From Candidatus Omnitrophota bacterium (lineage in GTDB: Bacteria; Omnitrophota; Omnitrophia; Omnitrophales; Danuiimicrobiaceae), in NCBI GenBank assembly GCA_016206955.1, contig JACQQO010000011.1, positions 1-26,458 of the forward strand: a DNA stretch of 26,458 nucleotides, written 5' to 3'. How positions within the stretch are numbered: the first letter of the stretch is position 1; each line of letters starts with the position of its first letter. The translations under genes and the position numbers were made by a program. Under the pieces are notes generated by a model. It did no database searches and was not told the origin of the DNA. It saw nothing but the letters and a program-made list of their open reading frames with translations. Of the stretch, positions 1 to 7,041 are shown in pieces.

Positions 1-22
1 TACCAAATGTATTACATTTAAA

Positions 23-1036
23 ATGAAATTCTTCCTGCGTATTTTCATTTTTGTATTTCTTTTTGCTGTGACCTCCGCCGAATCTCCTTCATTTTCTGCG
101 GATACCAGAATTCGCGTCGGCTACTTTCCCAATGTGACGCATGCTCCCGCTTTGATTGCTCGCGCAACTCAACATTTTGAAAAACTTTTTGAGACGAAGG
201 CAAAGATCGACTGGAAAATATTCAATGCCGGACCCGAAGCGATTGAAGCTTTATTTGCCGGAGAGCTTGATCTTCTTTACGTCGGACCTAATCCTGCGAT
301 CAACGGTTTTATCCGCTCCAAAGGCGAAGCGCTCCGAATTGTTGCCGGAGTTGCGAGCGGAGGCGCGGCATTTGTCGTGAGGCCTGAAGCAAACATAGAA
401 CGTTTCGAAGATATCAGTGGAAAACGAGTGGCGAGCCCTCAAAAAGGAAATACTCAAGATGTGGCGCTGCTCCATTTGATGAAAGAAAAAGGACTCGTTC
501 CACGTACTCAAGGCGGAACCGTTGAGGTTTTTCATATCAGCGGAGGCGATCAAATCACGGCTTTCGCAAAAAAACAAGTCGATGCCATTTGGACGGTCGA
601 GCCTTGGGTTTCAAGGCTTGTTGCAGAAGCGAACGGAAAAATCTTTTTTGAAGAGAGTGAGCTTTGGCCAGAAGGAAAATATGCGACCACTGTCCTCGTT
701 GTCCGGAAAAAATTTATGGATGATCATCCGGAGCTCGTCCAAACATGGATCGAAGGACACGTCAACATCCTCAATTTCATCACCGATCACTTCACGAAGG
801 CCAAGCATATCTTCAACGAAGAGTTAAAACAAGAAACGGGCAAGGCTCTCCCCCCGGCTTATGTGGATAAATCCTTTGGAAGAATTACGTTCACCGCAGA
901 ACCGATGGAATCTTCCGTGCTGGAGTCAGCGCGTCGCGCAAAAGAGATCGGCTATCTCGGGCGAAATGAGGTCGATTTAAAAAATCTTTACGAGCCCTCA
1001 TTTCTAAATCAATCTTCTGAAAAGGTGAAGGAATGA
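23..1036 (+). CDS. ABC transporter substrate-binding protein, SsuA/NitT-TauT (aliphatic sulfonate-type) family
   Basis: N-terminal signal peptide (MKFFLRIFIFVFLFAVTSAE); motifs RVGYFPNVTHAPA, FNAGPEAIEALFAGELD, YVGPNPAING, EPW; adjacent to ATPase and permease genes. Actual substrate not determinable from sequence. Confidence 0.88.
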   Translation: MKFFLRIFIFVFLFAVTSAESPSFSADTRIRVGYFPNVTHAPALIARATQHFEKLFETKAKIDWKIFNAGPEAIEALFAGELDLLYVGPNPAINGFIRSKGEALRIVAGVASGGAAFVVRPEANIERFEDISGKRVASPQKGNTQDVALLHLMKEKGLVPRTQGGTVEVFHISGGDQITAFAKKQVDAIWTVEPWVSRLVAEANGKIFFEESELWPEGKYATTVLVVRKKFMDDHPELVQTWIEGHVNILNFITDHFTKAKHIFNEELKQETGKALPPAYVDKSFGRITFTAEPMESSVLESARRAKEIGYLGRNEVDLKNLYEPSFLNQSSEKVKE

Positions 1037-1869
1037 TTCTTTCGATCGAGTCTGTTTCAAAAGAATTTGATGCCCAAGCAGGCAAAATCAAAGTCTTGGA
1101 TGAAATCTCAATTCAAATTAAAGCCGGTGAATTTGTGTGTTTGGTCGGGCCTTCCGGCTGCGGAAAGACAACGCTTTTGAATATCATCGCGGGCCTTGAG
1201 CGCTCGACGGGCGGGCAGCTTCATCAAAACGGAAAAGAAATTACGGAACCCGGAAGCGACCGCGTGGTGATTTTTCAAGAAGCCGCGCTTTTTCCATGGC
1301 TCAATGTCATTCAAAATGTTGAATTTGGCCTGATAAACCGAATGGAAGCCAAAAAGCGGCGGAAAATTGCGCGTGCCCTTCTCCACTTGGTCCACCTTGG
1401 CCGGTTTGAAAAAGCCTATATTCATCAACTTTCGGGAGGGATGAAAAGCCGCGTTGCGATTGCAAGAGCGCTTGCCTTGAATCCTTCAATTCTTCTGATG
1501 GATGAGCCTTTTGCCGCTTTGGATGCCCAAACGCGTGATATCTTACACGAAGAAATCCAAGCAATTTGGGCTCAATCCAAACAAACGATCATCTTTGTTA
1601 CCCACAACGTCCGGGAAGCCGTACGGCTGGGAAACCGAGTATTTGTTTTTACGGCGCGTCCGGGTAAAATCAAAAAAGAGTTTCGGATTGACCTTCCGAG
1701 ACCGCGCGACATTAACAGTGAAGGCGTTGTGATGTACGCTAAACTCATCCAACAAGAACTTCGAGAAGAAATAGAAAAATTCTTGAAAGAAGAGGTAGAC
1801 CGTGAGTGGAGTCTTAAAAAAACTGATCTTCTACGCCCTGCTGGTACTGATCTGGGAAGCGGTATCTAG
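1033..1869 (+). CDS. ABC transporter ATP-binding protein, SsuB/TauB/NrtD-like
   Basis: Walker A GPSGCGKT, Q-loop VIFQE, signature LSGGM, Walker B ILLMDEPF, H-loop FVTH; ATGA overlap with the upstream stop. Confidence 0.93.
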   Translation: MILSIESVSKEFDAQAGKIKVLDEISIQIKAGEFVCLVGPSGCGKTTLLNIIAGLERSTGGQLHQNGKEITEPGSDRVVIFQEAALFPWLNVIQNVEFGLINRMEAKKRRKIARALLHLVHLGRFEKAYIHQLSGGMKSRVAIARALALNPSILLMDEPFAALDAQTRDILHEEIQAIWAQSKQTIIFVTHNVREAVRLGNRVFVFTARPGKIKKEFRIDLPRPRDINSEGVVMYAKLIQQELREEIEKFLKEEVDREWSLKKTDLLRPAGTDLGSGI

Positions 1870-2557
1870 ATCGGGCATCTGGCCGCCCTATCTTTTCCCT
1901 TCTCCGAAAGAAGTGGTAAAAGCATTGGCCTGGGGCTTTGGCGACCGTTCCTTCTTAATCGGAATGGGAATGAGCATTCAGCGGATATTCATCGGCTATT
2001 CGATTTCCCTCATCTTTGGAATTACGCTGGGACTTTTGATTGGGCGTTTTAAAATCTTGGATGAAACCGTTGGATCGCTCATCACGGGCCTTCAAGTGCT
2101 TCCCAGTATTTGCTGGCTTCCCTTGGCGATTCTTTGGTTTGGGCTCAATGAACAAGCCATTCAATTTGTGATTATTATGGGCGCTTTTCTTTCCATCGCC
2201 ATCGCCACCGACAGCGGCATCCGGAATATTTCCCCGATTTATCTTCGCGCCGCCAAAACGATGGGAGTAAGAGGAATGGATCTTTATGTGCGCGTAATTT
2301 TTCCGGCCGCGCTTCCTTCGATCGCGACCGGCATGAAATTGGGATGGTCTTTCGCGTGGCGTTCTTTGATGGCGGGAGAATTGCTTTTCGTCAGCGTAGG
2401 GCTCGGCCAACTCCTTCAAACGGGCCGGGAACTGAATGACATGGCTCAAGTGGTGGCGGTCATGTTTCTCATTGCCGCCGTCGGCCTTGTATTTGATCGA
2501 TTGATTTTCGCCCAATTTGAAAAGCGGCTCCGCCGTCAATGGGGCACTGCAAACTGA
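1802..2557 (+). CDS. ABC transporter permease, SsuC/TauC-like
   Basis: Multiple TM segments; EAA-type loop YLRAAKTMG; motifs FPAALPSIATGMKLGWSFAWRSLMAGE and GLGQLL; GTG start preceded by AGAGG. Confidence 0.92.
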   Translation: MSGVLKKLIFYALLVLIWEAVSRSGIWPPYLFPSPKEVVKALAWGFGDRSFLIGMGMSIQRIFIGYSISLIFGITLGLLIGRFKILDETVGSLITGLQVLPSICWLPLAILWFGLNEQAIQFVIIMGAFLSIAIATDSGIRNISPIYLRAAKTMGVRGMDLYVRVIFPAALPSIATGMKLGWSFAWRSLMAGELLFVSVGLGQLLQTGRELNDMAQVVAVMFLIAAVGLVFDRLIFAQFEKRLRRQWGTAN

Positions 2558-2567
2558 GAATCCTTCC

Positions 2568-2604
2568 AAAAAAAAGAAACCCCCGCGTAAAAGCGGGGGT
2601 TCTT
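2568..2604 (-). terminator. Intrinsic terminator downstream of the cold-shock gene, possibly bidirectional with the ABC operon
   Basis: Stem AAGAAACCCCCGC / GCGGGGGTTCTT (one bulged A) around a GTAAAA loop; A-run at 2568-2575 gives a U-tract on the minus strand; lies between convergent genes. Confidence 0.85.
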
Positions 2605-2622
2605 GATTGACTCAAACTGGAT

Positions 2623-2826
2623 TTAACGCTTTACAACGTTTGCAGCTTGGTCGCCCTTGGGTCCACGGACAACTTCAAATTCAACGTTGTCACCCTCATT
2701 CAGACTCTTGTATCCATCTCCTTGAATAGCGGAATGATGTACGAATACATCTCCGTTGCCATTGGAAGGGGTGATGAATCCGTAGCCTTTTTGATTGCTG
2801 AACCATTTCACAGTACCTTGTGCCAT
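2623..2826 (-). CDS. cspA: Cold-shock protein (CspA family), 67 aa
   Basis: [18 protein letters not shown] (RNP1) and DVFVHHSAI (RNP2); AAGGA SD 9 nt before ATG 2826, so the start is set there rather than at 2859. Confidence 0.97.
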   Translation of the reverse strand: MAQGTVKWFSNQKGYGFITPSNGNGDVFVHHSAIQGDGYKSLNEGDNVEFEVVRGPKGDQAANVVKR

Positions 2827-2891
2827 GACTGATGTTCCTTTCTTGCCGAAATTCGACACGTTTTGGTTGCTGTGTGAAGCACCAAGTCTAC

Positions 2892-2931
2892 AAAAACAAA
2901 AAAACCGCGAAGCGTGTGTTACGCTTGCGGT
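2892..2931 (-). terminator. Intrinsic terminator-like hairpin plus U-tract in the csp 5' leader
   Basis: Minus-strand RNA ACCGC-AAGCGU-AACAC-ACGCUU-C-GCGGU (11 bp, one bulge) followed by UUUUUUGUUUUUG. Confidence 0.75.
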
Positions 2932-2984
2932 CTCTGGTATTTTTTCGCATTTGACCTAAAAGCTTCACATCAACTACAAAAGAA

Positions 2985-3012
2985 ATTATAACCCAATTTT
3001 TCCCAATGTCAA
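2985..3012 (-). promoter_or_regulatory. Sigma70-type promoter for the cold-shock gene
   Basis: Minus strand TTGACA (3012-3007), 16-nt spacer, TATAAT (2990-2985): both hexamers match consensus exactly. Confidence 0.8.
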
Positions 3013-3831
3013 CCGCAATCTTTTAAGCCACCACTGGGCTGATTCAATCACTTGAATCCCGATATTTTTCCGACCGCCGGTAGCAGGTTCCTCCATTTTT
3101 GTTCTTTCAAGGGTTAAACGGCGGAAATAAGCTTCGGAGCTAGTTCCTGTGTTATCTGAATCCGACATAAAACCGATCGCAATCAAACTCGACGGCGGCC
3201 GCTTCCCATAAAGCATTTCGTAATCCGCGACGATATCGCGCTTCTCAAACACCCATCCATTCGAACCCGGATCGGTAGGACCGTGTTGAATCACCAGGAT
3301 TTTGATTCGGCTGGAATAAGGACTTGCCGCGTGAGCGCCCTCCGGGAAATGATCATCCCACGCGTATTGAATCGTATCGGAAGTAAAGGGAGTAAGCCCT
3401 TTAAATGCAACGTAGACTCGCGCCGCATAGTCATTGTCGGACTTTGCAGCAAGGACTTGATTCCTTTTGTTTGTGGGAAACTGGATTGCCTTCCACTCCC
3501 ACGAAAGAAATGGCTGCTCAGAGGATTTTATATCAACAGGCCTAAAAGTGATCGATGAAGCATCTCGGCTTGAGGCGTGCAAAAAAGGTTCTCCGTGCTC
3601 GTCTCTTTCAATCCGGTAGGAAGTCTTTCCACTCATCCTGTGTTCTCTCCATTCTTTGAAGAAAACGGTTTCACTGAAATCAAAAGGAACGACGGCGCTA
3701 AAAGGACCTTCGGTGGGCAAAGTACCCAAATCGGAAAGAAACATCTTTGGCTCGATTTTGAATTTATAATACAGAAAGGCAGCAATCGAAATTGCGAAAA
3801 GCAATAAACAGGCCAACCAAAGACGTTTCAT
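2986..3831 (-). CDS. DUF3047-like membrane-anchored/exported protein, 281 aa
   Basis: N-terminal hydrophobic anchor MKRLWLACLLLFAISIAAFLYY; family-like motifs PFLSWEWK, SDNDYAARVYVAF, IQYAWD, WVFEKRDIVADYEMLYG, FMSDSDNTG. Start at 3831 gives an ATGA overlap with the upstream stop. Family assignment from recall. Confidence 0.72.
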   Translation of the reverse strand: MKRLWLACLLLFAISIAAFLYYKFKIEPKMFLSDLGTLPTEGPFSAVVPFDFSETVFFKEWREHRMSGKTSYRIERDEHGEPFLHASSRDASSITFRPVDIKSSEQPFLSWEWKAIQFPTNKRNQVLAAKSDNDYAARVYVAFKGLTPFTSDTIQYAWDDHFPEGAHAASPYSSRIKILVIQHGPTDPGSNGWVFEKRDIVADYEMLYGKRPPSSLIAIGFMSDSDNTGTSSEAYFRRLTLERTKMEEPATGGRKNIGIQVIESAQWWLKRLRLTLGKIGL

Positions 3832-4799
3832 AGTTTCACAGAAAGCTCGCATCCTCCTTCAAGCCGATCACCCGGCTCTAAAATTTGGACGCCCGTTCCG
3901 TTCCATCCGCGAGTATAAAAATTAAAGCCGTTATTCACGTGAGTGACAGGCTCAACCGCAACGAAATCCTTCGCTTCGCCGCTATCCTCACTCGGAGCAT
4001 AAACAACCACATGGGTAAAAATGGGATCTAACCGATATTGAACTTCAACTTTTGAACCCGGATAAATTAGGCAGATGAGATTTGAAGTTAAATCCGTAAA
4101 ACAATGATCTAAATTGGGACTCCCGAGAAGGCGCTCGGATCTTAAGTCCGTTTTGCCTGACACCGAAACCGCCGAGCTGGTCGGAATACATTTTTCATCC
4201 GGATAAACTTTCTGAGCGGGCAGCAAAAGAATAACGTCCTGATCTTGATCCGTAAGCCGCCTTTTGAAAAAAGGGTGAAAACCAAAACCGACCGGGGCAC
4301 GTTCTCGATCAACATTTTCAATCGAAAGAGACATGCGAAGGCAATTTTCTGAAATCCGAAGGCTGTGATGAAATTGAAGCTTGAAGGGATAATTGAAATC
4401 GGAGAATGTTCTTGACTCGAGGACCGCTTCAAATTTCTCATCCGTTGCAGTTTGCACTTTCCACGGACGATTTCGGACATCACCATGAATGGCAGTTTGA
4501 TCGGGAAAATTTTTCTGAAGTTGATAACGTTTGCCCTCAAATTCAAAAACTCCTTGGACAATCCGATTTGACCAAGGTGCCATGAGGTAGGAGCCATAAC
4601 GAAACGGGGGCTGATCTCCATGCAAGGCTTTAAGAAAATCCACCCATTTTCCTCTGAGATTGATCCGCAGTGTATTCCAATAGCACCCGTAATCGGGGAA
4701 AAAAGTGAGTTCCAATTGCCCGTTTTTAAGGGTATGTGGTTTTAGAGAAGATTTTAGATTCGTCTTAATTTTTTGATTTTGATATTGACTTTGTGTCAT
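3828..4799 (-). CDS. Aldose 1-epimerase (galactose mutarotase) family protein
   Basis: Motifs PWSNRI, AIHGD, GFGFHPFF, LDHCF, VAVEP, covering the His/His/Asp/Glu catalytic pattern of mutarotases. Confidence 0.85.
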   Translation of the reverse strand: MTQSQYQNQKIKTNLKSSLKPHTLKNGQLELTFFPDYGCYWNTLRINLRGKWVDFLKALHGDQPPFRYGSYLMAPWSNRIVQGVFEFEGKRYQLQKNFPDQTAIHGDVRNRPWKVQTATDEKFEAVLESRTFSDFNYPFKLQFHHSLRISENCLRMSLSIENVDRERAPVGFGFHPFFKRRLTDQDQDVILLLPAQKVYPDEKCIPTSSAVSVSGKTDLRSERLLGSPNLDHCFTDLTSNLICLIYPGSKVEVQYRLDPIFTHVVVYAPSEDSGEAKDFVAVEPVTHVNNGFNFYTRGWNGTGVQILEPGDRLEGGCELSVKL

Positions 4800-4802
4800 A
4801 AT
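4773..4802 (+). promoter_or_regulatory. Possible extended -10 promoter for the PLP enzyme gene
   Basis: TTGATT (4773-4778), 18 nt, then CATAAT (4797-4802) preceded by TG at 4794-4795. Imperfect matches in AT-rich DNA. Confidence 0.35.
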
Positions 4803-4823
4803 GACTCGCTTGAGAGACTCGGA

Positions 4824-4852
4824 ATTTTAGACTTTAACCTATAGACTGTCAA
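4824..4852 (-). promoter_or_regulatory. Sigma70-type promoter for the epimerase-DUF3047 operon
   Basis: Minus strand TTGACA (4852-4847), 17-nt spacer, TAAAAT (4829-4824), about 25 nt upstream of ATG 4799. Confidence 0.75.
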
Positions 4853-4874
4853 TCATAGAAACCGATACAAACTG

Positions 4875-6032
4875 ATGCCGGCCTTCAGAACTAATTGGAA
4901 GTTTTCTCCCAATCGACTTACTTCACACCTTCAAGCTTTAAAGCAATCTGGAATTAATATTATCGACCTTTCAGAATCAAACTCAACTCGCTTGGAATTT
5001 AATTATTTGAAGGCAGATCTCCTTACGCCCCTTGTCAATCCGCGGAACCTTTTTTATGAACCAGACCCCAAAGGAATGCTCGAAGCGCGATCAGCAGTCC
5101 AAAGTTATTATTTAGAAAAGAAAGTCAATGTCCCGCTGGATCATATTTTTCTAACAGCGAGCACGAGTGAAGCTTACTCGTTTCTTCTGCGGCTTTTGAC
5201 CAATGCCGGCGAGCGAGCACTGGTTCCACGGCCGAGTTATCCTTTATTTGATTTTCTCGCCGATTTAAATGACATTTCATTAGATTCTTACTCTCTGCGT
5301 TACGAAGAAGGCGCGTGGCAGATCGATTTAGAAAGTTTGGCACGAGAACTTCGCGTGGATACAAAAGCCATTATTCTCGTGAATCCCAATAATCCAACAG
5401 GTTCGTTCGTCAAACAAATTGAATTGGAAAAAATCGCAGCACTTGCTCGCAAACATTCCTTGGCGCTGATCGCAGATGAGGTGTTTTCAGACTATTTTTT
5501 CGGAGAAGATTCTATGCGCGTCACAACACTCGCCCAAATTTCAGACGTCGTTATTTTTACGCTGGGCGGGATTTCAAAAATGCTGGGGCTTCCCCAAATG
5601 AAACTGGGTTGGATTGTCGCCAATGGGCCTTCTCAAATCTTAAACCCACTTCTGGAGCGGCTCGAAATCATTCTAGACACATACCTTTCCGTCAATACGC
5701 CGGTCCAACGGGCGCTTGCTCCTTGGTTTTCACTCAAGCCTTCAATCCAAAAAGAAATTAAAGACCGGATTCAAACCAATTTCGATTTTCTCCAAGGATT
5801 TCCCACAAGCTGCCTCCAAACGGAAGGAGGTTGGTACGCCATCTTGAATCTTCCTCAAACTCAAAGTGATGAAGACTGGGCGCTTGAATTTTTGGATCGA
5901 GACCACGTTTATCTTCATCCGGGATACTTTTTTGGTTTAGAGGAAGCTCACGCCGTCGTCAGCCTTTTAGTGCCCCACGATCAATTCAAAGAAGGTATCT
6001 CTCGTATTCTTACGAGAATCAAACGGCGGTAA
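4875..6032 (+). CDS. PLP-dependent enzyme, aminotransferase class I/II fold (divergent active site)
   Basis: VNPNNPTG, ADEVF, GGISK (Schiff-base Lys) and LHPG motifs; 385 aa. Confidence 0.88.
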   Translation: MPAFRTNWKFSPNRLTSHLQALKQSGINIIDLSESNSTRLEFNYLKADLLTPLVNPRNLFYEPDPKGMLEARSAVQSYYLEKKVNVPLDHIFLTASTSEAYSFLLRLLTNAGERALVPRPSYPLFDFLADLNDISLDSYSLRYEEGAWQIDLESLARELRVDTKAIILVNPNNPTGSFVKQIELEKIAALARKHSLALIADEVFSDYFFGEDSMRVTTLAQISDVVIFTLGGISKMLGLPQMKLGWIVANGPSQILNPLLERLEIILDTYLSVNTPVQRALAPWFSLKPSIQKEIKDRIQTNFDFLQGFPTSCLQTEGGWYAILNLPQTQSDEDWALEFLDRDHVYLHPGYFFGLEEAHAVVSLLVPHDQFKEGISRILTRIKRR

Positions 6033-7041
6033 GCCCCTTCTCAACTAAGCGAAGAGATTCGATAAATGAGGCAGGAGAAGCTTTATTTTGATAGGCAATA
6101 TTAAACGCGGTTCCGTGATCCGGTGACGTTCTGAGATAAGGAAGGCCGAGCGTCACATTGACGCCCGTTCTAAACGCGATCATTTTAAAAGGCGCGAGGC
6201 CTTGATCGTGGTACATCGCCACAACCGCATCGAGACGCCCTTCATAAGCTTCGTGAAAAATTTGATCTCCGGGAAGAGGGCCTTCAACTTGAATCCCCTT
6301 TTTTTGAGCTTCCTTCACCGCAGGGAGAATCATTTCATCTTCTTCGGTTCCAAATTCACTTCCGTGAGGATTAAGCGCCGCAACTCCGATTCTAGGAGAT
6401 TTGATTTTAAGCCGGTTTTTTAAAAATTCATGGGTCAGTAAAATTTTGGATGCAATTTCTTCAGTCTTTAAAGCGCTCGAAACCTTCTTAAGCGGAAGAT
6501 GAATCGTGGCAAGCGTGACTCGCAGTTTGTCGCTGACAAACATCATCGCAAACTCCTTAACGCGGGCAACATGGGCTAAATATTCAGTATGACCGGAAAA
6601 CTTGGGATCCACCAATCGAATGGCGGTTTTATTCAGAGGAGCGGTAACGAGCCCTTGAATCAAATCGCAGGCACCTTGATACGCTGCCACTTTTAATGCC
6701 GTATAAGCCAACGATCCATTCCATTTTGAAATCTCACCGACTGAAAAAAGTTCGCTCTTTGAATGCGCTTTGCCAAATACTTTTTGATAAAGCGCTTCGG
6801 CTTCCTGTGTAATATCGAGGAAATTAATTTGATTTTCCTTGAGAAGAGTGCACTCTAAGGTCGGAATTTTGTGAACGTCAAAAGAAATATTGAGCCTCTC
6901 GCTTGCAAATCGGAAAACTTCCTCGCTTCCGATAATCATGCAGATCGAGTTCTCTGAAGTTATTTCGTGGAGAGACTTTAAAATGATTTCCGGGCCGATG
7001 CCGCCCGGATCACCCATGGTGATTGCAATGATAGGCTTCAA
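6019..7041 (-). CDS. pdxA: 4-hydroxythreonine-4-phosphate dehydrogenase PdxA, 340 aa
   Basis: IAITMGDPGGIGPE, TAPLNK, GHTEY, NPH, MYHDQG, VNVTLGLPYLRTSPDHGTA. Start placed at TTG 7041 (TTGA overlap with the surA stop). Confidence 0.93.
   Translation of the reverse strand: MKPIIAITMGDPGGIGPEIILKSLHEITSENSICMIIGSEEVFRFASERLNISFDVHKIPTLECTLLKENQINFLDITQEAEALYQKVFGKAHSKSELFSVGEISKWNGSLAYTALKVAAYQGACDLIQGLVTAPLNKTAIRLVDPKFSGHTEYLAHVARVKEFAMMFVSDKLRVTLATIHLPLKKVSSALKTEEIASKILLTHEFLKNRLKIKSPRIGVAALNPHGSEFGTEEDEMILPAVKEAQKKGIQVEGPLPGDQIFHEAYEGRLDAVVAMYHDQGLAPFKMIAFRTGVNVTLGLPYLRTSPDHGTAFNIAYQNKASPASFIESLRLVEKGLTAV

Noticed and set aside
1429-1452. ABC signature variant LSGGMKSR as an inactive ATPase
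   Set aside because: The LSGG core, Walker A/B, D-loop and H-loop are all intact.
1955-2569. 204-aa minus-strand ORF
   Set aside because: Antisense to the hydrophobic permease; such frames are commonly open and it has no domain signal.
2827-2859. Longer N-terminus for Csp ([11 protein letters not shown])
   Set aside because: The SD and family consensus point to ATG 2826. Similar over-extended starts were trimmed for DUF3047 (3852 to 3831), pdxA (7083 to 7041), rpsD (13416 to 13377) and rplO (17780 to 17753).
2880-2980. csp leader as a known ligand-binding riboswitch (such as c-di-GMP-I) or a tRNA
   Set aside because: I could not match a conserved aptamer core or a cloverleaf by eye; an Infernal/Rfam search is needed.
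4803-4847. AGACT repeats as a CRISPR or mini-array
   Set aside because: Repeats are 5 nt with 9-nt gaps, far from CRISPR dimensions, and there are no cas genes.
6000-6017. Hairpin after pdxA as an intrinsic terminator
   Set aside because: Short AT-rich stem, no adjacent U-tract, and inside a coding region.
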